Virus record (IMG/VR): IMGVR_UViG_3300032261_000019
Coordinates: 1 to 44,065 of that record
Length of the DNA: 44,065 nt
Strand: one strand, 5' to 3'
Source: a virus
Lineage: Duplodnaviria; Caudoviricetes
Shown: in pieces, positions 18,674 to 28,679 of the stretch
Position numbering within the stretch: the stretch's first letter is position 1
How the letters are laid out: each line of letters opens with the position of its first letter
Notes under the pieces: generated by a model
Seen by the model: only the letters and a program-made list of their open reading frames with translations
The model's database searches: none
Told to the model about the DNA's origin: nothing
Position numbers and translations under genes: made by a program

Positions 18674-20481
18674 CCGCAAAGTCAGTGCTCCAGATTGATA
18701 TTGATGATTCCAAATATCAGGCGTTTCTGGAGTCATACAATAAATACCAGCAAAGTGTGGCTGCGATGCCCAAGCAATGGGCCGCTGTCGGTAAAGCGGC
18801 AGCTGCAGCTGGTATCCCTCTGGCTGGCAACGCTAAATCCGTGGATGCCATGGGCGATGGTCTGGCCCGCTCATCTAGTTTCATGGATAAATTCCGCAAA
18901 GCTGCCGCCGCTGGCGAGAAAGCTATTACCGGTGTTGCCCGTGGCGCCAAATCCTTTGCCAAAGATATTGCCAGTGCAACCACATCACTGTTGAAATGGG
19001 CGGGCCTGACGTCAATTATCTCCGGTATTCTGGGTGCTGGCGGCCTGTTTGGCATCGATCGGCTAGCGGCTGGCGCGGCGCAGAGTCGCTTTCGTTCCCA
19101 AGGTCTGGGCGTGACCAGTGGAGAGATGAACGCCGCGAATATCAATTACGGTAAAGCCGTTGGGGATGTGAATTCCACGCTGGCCAGTATTCGTGATGCG
19201 CAATATGACCTGAGCCGACGCTGGGCCTTTCAGGCCATGGGTGTCAATCCGCAAGGACGTGACGTGGCGCAACTGCTGGGCCCCATGATCAAGGCGGCCC
19301 GGGATACGTTCAACCGGTCTGGCGGAACACAACAAGGTGCTGAGGCACATGGGCTGACCCAGTTTTTCAGCATGGAAGATTTGACCCGTTTTAAGTCGAT
19401 GAGCGATCAGGAAATCGACGCCATGACGAAACGGTATGAAGCCGACCGCGAACAATTGGCGCTGTCTGACCGCACGCTGAAAGCCTGGCAGGATTTAAAC
19501 ATGCAGTTTGACCGGGCCAGTCAGACGATCAAAAACAGTTTCATCGCCGCCCTGGTTCCACTGGCCCCGCAACTAGAACGGCTGTCCGGAGCTGTTGCTG
19601 ATGCAATCAAGATTTTCCTGCAAAGCCCTATCGTAAAAAAATGGATCGATGGCCTGGCTGATGGCATTAAGGGCTTGGCTGAATATCTGGCCAGCGATCA
19701 GTTCAAGTCGGATTTGTCCGGGTTCCTGAACGCGCTGGATGTAGCCGCGGGTTCGATTTACAGCTTTGCACGCAAGGTTAACCGGGCGTTCGGTTTGTTC
19801 GGCGGTGAAGTCACACTGAAGGGTAGCCAGTATCAAAAGCTGGAAGGGCTCCGCCAGATCAATCCAGCCTTGGCTGACGCGGTGACCAAACACATGGAAA
19901 ATCCGCATGACATGGGTGGTCAGCGTGATGTGGGCAACGCCATTAATGACCTGATCAAATCGGGTGACAAGCAGAAGATGGCGCAAGCGGCACAGATCAT
20001 TCACGATTTGGGTCTGGGTTCCCGGCTGGATGCCTATCTGCTACGTGGCCCTGTCGCCGCGCCGGCTACTGCGTTTACATCGGCTAACGCTGGCAATCGC
20101 CACAATCCGGGTAATTTGCGCCCTGCCAGCGGCCAGGGGTTCCGTACCTTCGCCAGCGATGAGGAAGGTATCCGGGCCATGGCATCCCAGCTGCAGCGTT
20201 ACCAGAATCGTGGGCTTGATACGCTGAGCAAGATCATCGGCACATATGCCCCGACCACCGAAAACGACACCGCGTCATATATCAAGGACGTATCGGGTAA
20301 GATGAAGGTGGACCCGAATCAGAAATTGAATCTTAATGATCCGAATCAGATGGCCGCGCTGATTTCGGCGATGACCAAACACGAAAACGCGAAAAATAAT
20401 TTCCCAGCTGGGACTGTGGTAACCATCCTGAATAATACGGGCGGCAACGCTGCGGTATCGGTAAACCAACTGGCGCACTGA
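18670..20481 (+). CDS. Tape measure protein with C-terminal lysozyme-like domain
   Basis: Ala-rich helical protein; RHNPGNLR...YAP..ENDT..YI pattern of virion muramidase-like domains. Confidence 0.85.
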   Translation: MTAKSVLQIDIDDSKYQAFLESYNKYQQSVAAMPKQWAAVGKAAAAAGIPLAGNAKSVDAMGDGLARSSSFMDKFRKAAAAGEKAITGVARGAKSFAKDIASATTSLLKWAGLTSIISGILGAGGLFGIDRLAAGAAQSRFRSQGLGVTSGEMNAANINYGKAVGDVNSTLASIRDAQYDLSRRWAFQAMGVNPQGRDVAQLLGPMIKAARDTFNRSGGTQQGAEAHGLTQFFSMEDLTRFKSMSDQEIDAMTKRYEADREQLALSDRTLKAWQDLNMQFDRASQTIKNSFIAALVPLAPQLERLSGAVADAIKIFLQSPIVKKWIDGLADGIKGLAEYLASDQFKSDLSGFLNALDVAAGSIYSFARKVNRAFGLFGGEVTLKGSQYQKLEGLRQINPALADAVTKHMENPHDMGGQRDVGNAINDLIKSGDKQKMAQAAQIIHDLGLGSRLDAYLLRGPVAAPATAFTSANAGNRHNPGNLRPASGQGFRTFASDEEGIRAMASQLQRYQNRGLDTLSKIIGTYAPTTENDTASYIKDVSGKMKVDPNQKLNLNDPNQMAALISAMTKHENAKNNFPAGTVVTILNNTGGNAAVSVNQLAH

Positions 20482-20482
20482 C

Positions 20483-21208
20483 ATGGCGACAACCGGACGT
20501 AATTTATTCCAGCTAGGCTTTCAGATATCCCCCATCATTCTGACTGGGGGCATTGCCGCACTTATTCCGGGCGGCATGCTGCCGCTGATTGCGATTACTC
20601 AAGCGGGGATTTTTGCACAGGGGCTGCTCAGCGGCACCGTGAATTTGAATCTGGATGACTTCCAGTGTCATTTCCATCCTATGCAAGGCAGCACGCTAGT
20701 TAACCAGTCCATCGGCTCGTATCCGTTCGCAAGCCAGTCCGTGGCCGCCAATGCCGTGATTGCTCAGCCCTTGCAGTTGTCCATGCTGATGGAAGTTCCG
20801 GTGAATCAGAGCGGCGGGTATCTGAGCAAATTCCTGACCATGACGGCGCTGAAGGCTGCGCTAGACAAGCACAACCAATCGGGTGGCACATATACGATAG
20901 CCACGCCTTCTTACGTGTATACGAATTGCATCATGCGGACGTTGCGCGATGTGACGGGCGACGCCACGAAACATCCCCAGCAAACATGGCAATTTGATTT
21001 TGAGCGGCCGCTGGTGGTCACACAAACCGAAGCAGAACAGGTTCTAAACAACCTGATGAGCAAGTTTAACGCAGGTACCCAGATCAACGGCCAGCCGACC
21101 TGGTCTGGTCTGTTTAACAGCGTACAGGCCACAGTGGTGGGTGGTGCGTCCTCGTTGATTTCCGGTGCCCAAAACCTGATTGGTACGAATACAGGTAGCC
21201 TGCTATGA
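20483..21208 (+). CDS. Baseplate/tail-tube initiator protein
   Basis: Position after tape measure. Confidence 0.6.
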   Translation: MATTGRNLFQLGFQISPIILTGGIAALIPGGMLPLIAITQAGIFAQGLLSGTVNLNLDDFQCHFHPMQGSTLVNQSIGSYPFASQSVAANAVIAQPLQLSMLMEVPVNQSGGYLSKFLTMTALKAALDKHNQSGGTYTIATPSYVYTNCIMRTLRDVTGDATKHPQQTWQFDFERPLVVTQTEAEQVLNNLMSKFNAGTQINGQPTWSGLFNSVQATVVGGASSLISGAQNLIGTNTGSLL

Positions 21209-21489
21209 CCACCACAGTATATGTCGATTTCACGCCATCGCTGGATGTGGCATTCCAGTTCCAGCCTACGCTGGATAATGGTGTAGTCTACAACGTTATT
21301 ATCACCTGGAATGTGTACGGTCAGCGCTGGTATATCAATATCTACACATTGACCAATCAGCGAGTACTGACACGTTCTATGGTCGGCAGCCCATTGGATT
21401 ACAATATCAACCTGGTGGCAGGTTACTTCACCCAGACACAAATCGTGTACCGGATCGACAACGCACAAATCGAGATTATCAGCGTATGA
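21205..21489 (+). CDS. Small baseplate protein
   Basis: WNVYGQRWYINI motif; position. Confidence 0.65.
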   Translation: MTTTVYVDFTPSLDVAFQFQPTLDNGVVYNVIITWNVYGQRWYINIYTLTNQRVLTRSMVGSPLDYNINLVAGYFTQTQIVYRIDNAQIEIISV

Positions 21490-22424
21490 GGTACTACAAC
21501 CTGATTATCACCGATCCGAACACTGGCGCCGTGTTGCGCCAGTGGACGTCGTTTGTTAATGGGGTCACGATACCAGGTGCGCTAAATATTGAACTGGATG
21601 TGCCGACCTACACGTTGGCGCAGCCGATGGGGTCCGCGTATGTCAAGATATGGGGCATCTCAATTGAAGATATCCTGCAAGCCTCTGACTTGAATGACAT
21701 GAATATCCAGCTGTTTGCCGGTATGCAGGCGGGCTTGCCGCTGGCGAACCCGACACAGGCAGGATTGATTCTGGAAGGCACCATCCAGCAATGTTTCGGT
21801 AACTGGCAAGCCGAAGTTCAAACGCTGGATATCGTGGCACTTGTTAGCAGCGGTTCTGCAACCGCACCGAAAAACATCGTGAATATATGGCCGGCCGGCC
21901 AACCTCTGGCCACATCGATCCAGAACACGCTAGCCGTCGCATTCCCCGATTACACGGCTACGATTAACATCAGCCCGAATCTGGTTCTGGCGCATGATGA
22001 ACCGGCGTATTTTCAGACATTGAGCCAGTTCGCACAGTTCATCAAGCAAGCCTCTCAACGGATTATCGGGGGCACATATAACGGCGTGGACATTGTCATC
22101 CGAAACAAGGAATTTCTTGTCTATGATGGCACCACACCCACTAGCCCAATCGCCCTTAATTTCACTGACATGATCGGGCAGCCGACGTGGATTGGCCCGG
22201 CAACGGTGCAAACCCGCCTTGTGTTGCGTGCCGATCTTCAGGTAAGCGATTACATCCAGATGCCTCAGGGTCAGCAGACGTTGACTGCTCAGAGTCTGGC
22301 GCGCTATCGGACTAATCCGACATTTCAAGGTGTTTTTCAGGCCATCCGGGTGCGGCATATCGGTAACTTTCGTCAACCGGATGCTAATTCCTGGGTAACC
22401 GTTGTGGACGCAATCAGCACATGA
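21486..22424 (+). CDS. Baseplate hub protein
   Basis: 312 aa; C-terminal HIGNFR...W motif. Confidence 0.7.
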   Translation: MRYYNLIITDPNTGAVLRQWTSFVNGVTIPGALNIELDVPTYTLAQPMGSAYVKIWGISIEDILQASDLNDMNIQLFAGMQAGLPLANPTQAGLILEGTIQQCFGNWQAEVQTLDIVALVSSGSATAPKNIVNIWPAGQPLATSIQNTLAVAFPDYTATINISPNLVLAHDEPAYFQTLSQFAQFIKQASQRIIGGTYNGVDIVIRNKEFLVYDGTTPTSPIALNFTDMIGQPTWIGPATVQTRLVLRADLQVSDYIQMPQGQQTLTAQSLARYRTNPTFQGVFQAIRVRHIGNFRQPDANSWVTVVDAIST

Positions 22425-23143
22425 GCACTCCTGCCCAAAAAACGCCGCTTGTTCTGTCTGTCAATCAGGCCGCCGGAAAAATTGTAAATGATTATTTGCA
22501 GCTGGAAGGTAAGGCACTCCCATGCAGTGTAGTCAGCAATAAAAACAGCATTGTTACAGTCAAGTTTGAAGTAAATGGCCCATATACACTGCCACAGGTA
22601 ACCATTCCATTATTCGGGCCCGAATATGTGCGCTATCCCATTGCGGCCGGTTGCAAAGGTATGGTGCTGGCGGCTGATGCCCATCTAGGCGGTATGAGTG
22701 GGCTGGGAGGTGGTGTATCTGATCTGGGCGCACCGGGCAATCTGTCTGCGCTGGTGTTCTTGCCGATAAGTAATACCGCCTGGCAGGCCGTTGATCAAAC
22801 TACAGTAACGGCTTATGCCTCGAACGGCGTTGTACTACGCGATACGGGAAATAACACCAGTTTTGTGTTGACGCCAACCAGCATCACGATGATTGCCACG
22901 AATGCTGTCACTATCACGTGTGGGGCGGCTTCAATCAAGCTAACCCCGACTAGCTGGGCGCTAAGTGGCCCTTCAGGAACCATGACGGATGGCACCGCGC
23001 ACACATCACCAACAATCATGAATTCGGCCTGGGCGGCGCTGGTTAGCTGGTTGAATACCCATGTCCATACATCAGCCGGGGCCGGCAGCCCGACCAGCGC
23101 GCCCAATACACCGTTCACTGGTGGTAGCATTGCCCCAACATAA
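22421..23143 (+). CDS. Baseplate spike (gpV-like)
   Basis: Beta-repeat C-terminus with HxH motif (THVHT). Confidence 0.75.
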   Translation: MSTPAQKTPLVLSVNQAAGKIVNDYLQLEGKALPCSVVSNKNSIVTVKFEVNGPYTLPQVTIPLFGPEYVRYPIAAGCKGMVLAADAHLGGMSGLGGGVSDLGAPGNLSALVFLPISNTAWQAVDQTTVTAYASNGVVLRDTGNNTSFVLTPTSITMIATNAVTITCGAASIKLTPTSWALSGPSGTMTDGTAHTSPTIMNSAWAALVSWLNTHVHTSAGAGSPTSAPNTPFTGGSIAPT

Positions 23144-23155
23144 GGAGTTAGTGCG

Positions 23156-23488
23156 ATGCGTACCTGGGGACGTGATGCAAATGGAAAATGGATCGAAGTA
23201 GTCACCGATCCGAACGGATATGATGATGCGGTGTGGATTACCACGCTGGCCCAAAATCTTAAGTTGCAGCCGAATGAATCTCCGTTTTTCGCGGATCACG
23301 GTATCCTGGCTCAGCAATCTGTCATTCAACAGGTGTTTCCTGGCTTTTATGTCGCGCGGACTCAGCAGCAATTTTCCCCGTATTTTGCCAGTTTGAATGT
23401 AGCGCAGCTGGATGATCCAACACCGACATATAATGTCAATGTGCTGACCAATCAGGGCAGTTCACTCATTTTCAGCGTGCGAACATGA
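23156..23488 (+). CDS. Baseplate wedge / sheath initiator (gp25-like)
   Basis: AAGGAG RBS; ESPFFADHG motif; position. Confidence 0.65.
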   Translation: MRTWGRDANGKWIEVVTDPNGYDDAVWITTLAQNLKLQPNESPFFADHGILAQQSVIQQVFPGFYVARTQQQFSPYFASLNVAQLDDPTPTYNVNVLTNQGSSLIFSVRT

Positions 23489-24903
23489 CCACAAATATTC
23501 CGACAGTTGTCACCATCAACGGCCTGACCCCAACCGACCCGGCAACGTTGCGGCAGAACCTGCTGAATAATGTAGCCGGTGTTGATCCTGGCTACACAGC
23601 AAATCTGCCCGGTTCCCTGATTGAGGATATTGCCAGCACGGATGTAGGCGCCCTGGTCGTGATGGAACAAGCGCGCGTTGATCTGATCAACAGTCTGGAC
23701 CCGAACGGTGCCAATGATTTCCTGATGACGCAACTGGGTAACGGAATCTATGGGGTGACCCAGAATTCAACTACCAACACTAGCGTTTATGTCACGTTTA
23801 CCGGACCTGTCGGGTACATCGTGCAGCAAGGTTTTATTGTCAGCGACGGCACATACCAGTATACGGTGCAGGATGGTGGCGTCATCGGCACGGGCGGCAC
23901 ATCACTGCCCCTGTTTGCTGTGGCTAACGTTACCGGCACCTGGGCGGTGCCAATCGGCACGGTTACCAGCCTGGTAACATCTGTACCGCTGACTATTACC
24001 CTCACGGTAAATAATCTTTCCGCAGGGACGCCAGGCGCCGCTGCGGAAAGTTCTCAAGCTTATCGTGCCCGGGTATTGCAAGCCGGTCTGGTATCTGCCA
24101 CTGGCTTTGCTACCATGCTTAAAACCCTGCTGGCCGAAGTTCCAGGCGTGCAAACCCGGCTTATCTCTGTGCGCCAGAATGGTACAGCGTGGGAAATCAT
24201 CTGTGGGGGCGGTGACCCCTATCAGGTGGCATATGCGATTTATCAGGCAATTTTTTATTTACCGGGGCTGACGGGTTCGATTCTGTCGCCTACTGGCGTA
24301 ACCCAGGCGAATCCAGCAGTAATCACAACAAACCTGAATCATGGTTTTATCACTGGAAACAGTGTGACGATTACGGGCGCCCAAGGGATGACGGCCATCA
24401 ATGGCACATTTACAGCCACAGTACTCAGCCCGACCACATTCAGCATTCCGGTAAATACTTCTGCAGCTCCGGTTTATACGGGCGGGGCAGTGATCACGCC
24501 GAATAACCGGAATATCACCGTGACGGTGACCGATTTTCCGGACACCTACGCCATTACGTTCGTGAACCCGCCCCAGCAAGTAGTAGGTGTGCAGGCGACA
24601 TGGAACACGAACAGCCCGAACGTTGTTAGTCCGACTGCCGTGGCGCAGCTGGCTAACCCGGCTATTGTCAGCTACATCAACAGCATTGTTGCCGGTCAGC
24701 CCATCAATGAACTGATTTTGAACGAGGTATTTCAGCAAGCCGTGGCATCGGCGCTGCCTGCCAGCTATCTCACACGGCTGGTGTGGGCGATCACGATCAA
24801 CGGGCTGGCCGTTTCACCGACGTCTGGTACATACATTATCCCGGGCGATCCCGAATCGTATTTTTACACCACCACATCCAATGTGGTCATCGCGCAGGGT
24901 TGA
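23485..24903 (+). CDS. Baseplate J-like protein with an inserted E1-FCCH-like beta-domain
   Basis: ESSQAYRARV and VPGV motifs; insert at ~24285-24500. Confidence 0.85.
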   Translation: MTTNIPTVVTINGLTPTDPATLRQNLLNNVAGVDPGYTANLPGSLIEDIASTDVGALVVMEQARVDLINSLDPNGANDFLMTQLGNGIYGVTQNSTTNTSVYVTFTGPVGYIVQQGFIVSDGTYQYTVQDGGVIGTGGTSLPLFAVANVTGTWAVPIGTVTSLVTSVPLTITLTVNNLSAGTPGAAAESSQAYRARVLQAGLVSATGFATMLKTLLAEVPGVQTRLISVRQNGTAWEIICGGGDPYQVAYAIYQAIFYLPGLTGSILSPTGVTQANPAVITTNLNHGFITGNSVTITGAQGMTAINGTFTATVLSPTTFSIPVNTSAAPVYTGGAVITPNNRNITVTVTDFPDTYAITFVNPPQQVVGVQATWNTNSPNVVSPTAVAQLANPAIVSYINSIVAGQPINELILNEVFQQAVASALPASYLTRLVWAITINGLAVSPTSGTYIIPGDPESYFYTTTSNVVIAQG

Positions 24904-24905
24904 TC

Positions 24906-25613
24906 ATGCTTAACGACATCCTGCCTTCCTACCTGTACACGCAATACAATGATGACGATGATCTACAGGCGTTTGTGGGCGCCCAGAATGATTACGCCCG
25001 GTCATATCTTAACTGGTTCAATACGCTTAATCTTCCGGTGTACACATCCAGTACAATTAGCGGGACTCTCCTGGACTGGGTAGCTGCAGGATTGTATGGA
25101 TTTCCAGAGCGGCCCAGTTTGCCCTCTGGTCATATCAATGCTACGGGTGGTTACAATACGCTCCCATATAACAAGCTGGAGTTCAACAAATTCCGGTACA
25201 TCAGCACAGGCGCCTATTACGCGACAAATGACGATGTGTTCAAACGAATCATTACCTGGTCGTTCTATAAAGGCGACGGTATGCAGTTCAGCATTGACTG
25301 GCTAAAACGCCGTGTCATCCGGTTCCTGATTGGTGTAAATGGCACCTGCCCACCGATTGATAATACCTACCAGGTGAGTGTACAGTTCGGCACAGGGGGC
25401 GTAGTCAACATCCTGATTCTGAACGGGCAACGGACAGTAACCGGTGGTGCGATATATAACCGGTTCGGATTCAATACCGTGGCCTACAATGGCCTTAAAA
25501 GCAGGTTCATGAATTACACGCCGCTGGCTCTCGCTCCTGTATTACAAGCCGGGATTGCATCAGGTGCACTACCTCTGCCATTCCAGTTTACTTATAACGT
25601 GTCGATCATTTAA
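24906..25613 (+). CDS. Baseplate wedge protein (gpI/gp48-like)
   Basis: GTLLDWV and DDVFKRII motifs; follows J. Confidence 0.75.
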   Translation: MLNDILPSYLYTQYNDDDDLQAFVGAQNDYARSYLNWFNTLNLPVYTSSTISGTLLDWVAAGLYGFPERPSLPSGHINATGGYNTLPYNKLEFNKFRYISTGAYYATNDDVFKRIITWSFYKGDGMQFSIDWLKRRVIRFLIGVNGTCPPIDNTYQVSVQFGTGGVVNILILNGQRTVTGGAIYNRFGFNTVAYNGLKSRFMNYTPLALAPVLQAGIASGALPLPFQFTYNVSII

Positions 25614-25624
25614 GGGGTAATATC

Positions 25625-25816
25625 ATGCCCACGCCTTCCTTCGCGCAGCATCGCCTCATGGAAGGCGTGGCGCATAGCCTTGAATTCGCCAAAAAGGTCG
25701 GTATCCCTCAGCAAGTCGGCAAAGAAATGGTGGAAAAAGACGACCGGTGTGAGCGTTATATGGATGCCGTCATCCGCGGCGATTGTGACGAAATCCAACG
25801 TATTTTTAAAGGTTAA
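25625..25816 (+). CDS. Small hypothetical protein between baseplate and tail fibre
   Basis: AAGGGG RBS; 63 aa. Confidence 0.7.
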   Translation: MPTPSFAQHRLMEGVAHSLEFAKKVGIPQQVGKEMVEKDDRCERYMDAVIRGDCDEIQRIFKG

Positions 25817-25819
25817 ACC

Positions 25820-27541
25820 ATGGCCGGTCTTACTATTCTTGCTGCGAATAACGCGAACTCCACGCTTGCCAGTTCGATCAACACCACGGCGTTGTCGCTC
25901 ACTGTGTCGGCCGGTCAGGGCGCCCTGTTTCCATCACCGGCAGCTAACCAGTATTTTCTGTTGACTCTGAACGATGCCGCTACCGGCTTGCTCACTGAAA
26001 TCGTGCGTGTAACCGCTCGTAGCGGCGACACCATGACGATTGTTCGGGCACAGGAAGGCACCGCCGCGCAAAACTGGTCGGCGGGCGATATCGCTACAAA
26101 TATGTTCACGGCGGGCACCCTTTCCGCACTGGTGCAAGCTACCCAGTTGCAGGCTAACCAGTTTAATTACGCCGTGGATACTGGCACCGCCAATAACTAC
26201 AGCGTGACCTTGTCTCCAGCTCCGACAGCGCTGACAGATGGGCAGATCGTGGGCTTCAAAGCCTTAAATGGTAACACTGGGGCATCCACACTGGCTGTAA
26301 ACGGGCTCGCTGCGGTGCCTATCGTCGGTCAGGCATTTAATGCGCTTAGCGGTGGGGAAATCGCCGCAACTGGCGATGTATATGTGCAATATAACAGCAG
26401 TGTCGGCAGTGGATCATTTGTTGTTCTGGCGTCTGCCGGTGGCTTGCAAGGCGTGGGCCAAACCACTGTTGCTTTGACGGGTTCTAACGTTACGCTGACT
26501 CCCGCACAGTATGGCTCCCCGGTTATCGTACTAACCGGGACTTTGACGGCTGCTGTTAACGTAATTTTTCCGGCGTTCAAAGGTCAATGGCTGATCATCA
26601 ATAATTGCACTGTTGGCGCTTACAGTGTTACGTGCAAAACAACCGCCGGCACTGGGGTACTCGTTAGCGGCAGTGGTGGTAGCCAGGAAGTTTATGGGGA
26701 CGGTACGAATCTTGTTGCCCAGATCGGCAATGCGCTGACCCCACTGAATGTAGGATTTCCTGCTACCGGAAACCAGGCGCAACCCGCATTCAGTGCCCCC
26801 GGCATTATCGGGGGCGTACGTAATTCAAAGATACGCATCACCTCGCCGATACAAAGTCTTACCATGTCAATTGAACAGGCGATTATCGGCAGCGGGGGCC
26901 TCAATGGCATCATGATTCGCCTGGCGAACCTTAGCCTTTCACTAAATTTGACCACTACCGGTGCGGGTGGTATGGATATCGGTTCGCCACCTGCTAACGG
27001 CGCAGTATCCATCTATCTGATTTATAATCCGACAAATGGGTTTGCGAATCTTTTAGCATCAAACGCCAGCACCTCATCCGGTACGATGTATTCCGGCGTA
27101 AACATGCCGTCTGGATACACCTACAATGTGCTTGTTTCCGTGTGGATGACCAATGGTGCGGGTCAGCTTTACCCTGGCAATCAGGTTGACCGTCTGATTA
27201 ACCGTGCTGCTGTGTCGGTTCTAAGCACTACCACAGCCGGTGGCCCGACATCCCTGAGTATCAGTGGCGCAGTGCCCCCTCAAGCGATTGAGTGCGGGGG
27301 CTATATGGTATCCAGCGTAGTGACTGGGGCGCCTGGTGGTTGCGCGCTTCTGCTCAATTCTGATGCCAACAGCACAGGGCTGCAATATAACCAGGGGTTT
27401 GTTCAGGCTAACGGTCAGACGATGAACACATCGTTTAGCGGTTTGATCATTCCGGTGCCACAGACTATTTATTACGCCACTGGTGGTGTGCAGGGTACTA
27501 CTTATAGCTGGTCGGCTTATATCACTTCTTACAGGTTCTGA
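25820..27541 (+). CDS. Tail fibre / receptor-binding protein
   Basis: N-terminal EIVRVTARSGDTMTIVRAQEGT; Gly/Thr/Ser-rich; last large tail gene. Confidence 0.85.
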   Translation: MAGLTILAANNANSTLASSINTTALSLTVSAGQGALFPSPAANQYFLLTLNDAATGLLTEIVRVTARSGDTMTIVRAQEGTAAQNWSAGDIATNMFTAGTLSALVQATQLQANQFNYAVDTGTANNYSVTLSPAPTALTDGQIVGFKALNGNTGASTLAVNGLAAVPIVGQAFNALSGGEIAATGDVYVQYNSSVGSGSFVVLASAGGLQGVGQTTVALTGSNVTLTPAQYGSPVIVLTGTLTAAVNVIFPAFKGQWLIINNCTVGAYSVTCKTTAGTGVLVSGSGGSQEVYGDGTNLVAQIGNALTPLNVGFPATGNQAQPAFSAPGIIGGVRNSKIRITSPIQSLTMSIEQAIIGSGGLNGIMIRLANLSLSLNLTTTGAGGMDIGSPPANGAVSIYLIYNPTNGFANLLASNASTSSGTMYSGVNMPSGYTYNVLVSVWMTNGAGQLYPGNQVDRLINRAAVSVLSTTTAGGPTSLSISGAVPPQAIECGGYMVSSVVTGAPGGCALLLNSDANSTGLQYNQGFVQANGQTMNTSFSGLIIPVPQTIYYATGGVQGTTYSWSAYITSYRF

Positions 27542-27543
27542 CC

Positions 27544-27750
27544 ATGACCATTTACGTAAATTTCACTGATGGCAAACAAACGGCAATAAATGCCACGTTC
27601 GGTTGTCCGCAAGACCCGGAAGTATGGCCGAATCAGGGCACCGTGGAAGAAGATGATGCCCGCTGGCTGGCGTATTTCAGCACACTTGATTCACTTACCC
27701 GCAGCATGCTGCCCACGCCTCCGGGCTGGGTGGAACCCAAGGCGGAGTAA
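27544..27750 (+). CDS. Tail fibre assembly/partner protein
   Basis: Directly follows fibre; FGCPQDPEVWPNQG motif. Confidence 0.6.
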   Translation: MTIYVNFTDGKQTAINATFGCPQDPEVWPNQGTVEEDDARWLAYFSTLDSLTRSMLPTPPGWVEPKAE

Positions 27751-27755
27751 AAAAA

Positions 27756-27950
27756 ATGACTCAAATCAAAGCATGGGTCGATGTACTGGGCCTATGGCTG
27801 ATCAATATATGGGCGGGACTGACAACAAAAATGACATTACAGAACGCCGTATTGTGGACTACCCTGATTTACACCGTGTTGCGGATTTTCTTTGAGACCC
27901 ACGCATGGTGGAAAAAGCAACGACAGCGGCGCCTAGACGATGGGAATTAA
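27756..27950 (+). CDS. Holin-like membrane protein
   Basis: Hydrophobic segments, basic C-terminus, precedes endolysin. Confidence 0.6.
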   Translation: MTQIKAWVDVLGLWLINIWAGLTTKMTLQNAVLWTTLIYTVLRIFFETHAWWKKQRQRRLDDGN

Positions 27951-28458
27951 GCTCCCTTCCCGTGTTGTCGCGGCCATGGCGGCCAGTGGTGGCAGTGTGA
28001 TCATCGGCTTGGCTGCCTATATCGCTCCCTTTGAAGGTGAACGTCTTGAGGCATATCAGGACGTTAACGGCACATGGACGATTTGCGATGGCGAAACGCA
28101 CGGGGTTAAAAAGGGCGACAGGGCCACACATGCGCAGTGCATGGCGATGCTTGAAAAGCGTGTGGGTATTTTTCTTCCTATGGTCGATAAAGTTTTACCT
28201 GGACTACCACTTAACCGCCGGCTGGCTTATGGCGATCTGGTGTATAACCTAGGGCCGGGTATTCTGACGCGCCGTGCTACAGATGGTGACACGCCGCCGC
28301 GATATATCCCCGGCACATCGATTGTGGAGCTGGAACGCGCCGGCAAATGGCAGCAAGCTTGCGAACGCATGAGGTTGTTTGTTTATGCGGGGAAAAAGGT
28401 ATATAACGGCCTCGTTGCCCGACGGAATGATGAGGTGAAACTGTGTTTGCAAAATTGA
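27940..28458 (+). CDS. SAR endolysin (GH24 lysozyme)
   Basis: Gly/Ala-rich N-terminal SAR segment; E-x8-D-x5-T triad in FEGERLEAYQDVNGTWT; GLVARR. Confidence 0.9.
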   Translation: MGIKLPSRVVAAMAASGGSVIIGLAAYIAPFEGERLEAYQDVNGTWTICDGETHGVKKGDRATHAQCMAMLEKRVGIFLPMVDKVLPGLPLNRRLAYGDLVYNLGPGILTRRATDGDTPPRYIPGTSIVELERAGKWQQACERMRLFVYAGKKVYNGLVARRNDEVKLCLQN

Positions 28459-28679
28459 GGCCATTGTTTGTTGACGGGCTAACTTTATGGCATCGCCTCT
28501 GGTCCGTCCGCTTTGCCATTCTGGCCACACTCTGCGGTATTCTGGGGCAGGTGCTTGCGGCACTACCCGGACGTGGTTTCATGCTTGCTGGCGTGGTGTT
28601 CAGCCTTCTGGCCGCACTAGCCAGCCTGGTGAAACAACCCGGATTGCTTGCTGATATCGAGGCTCGTAAAAATGTTTGA
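28443..28679 (+). CDS. Second holin-like membrane protein (2 TM)
   Basis: WHRLWSVR followed by two hydrophobic helices and LVKQP. Confidence 0.65.
   Translation: MFAKLRPLFVDGLTLWHRLWSVRFAILATLCGILGQVLAALPGRGFMLAGVVFSLLAALASLVKQPGLLADIEARKNV

Noticed and set aside
25820-27541. Diversity-generating retroelement or invertible tail-fibre cassette
   Set aside because: No reverse transcriptase, invertase or second copy of the fibre 3' end was noticed.
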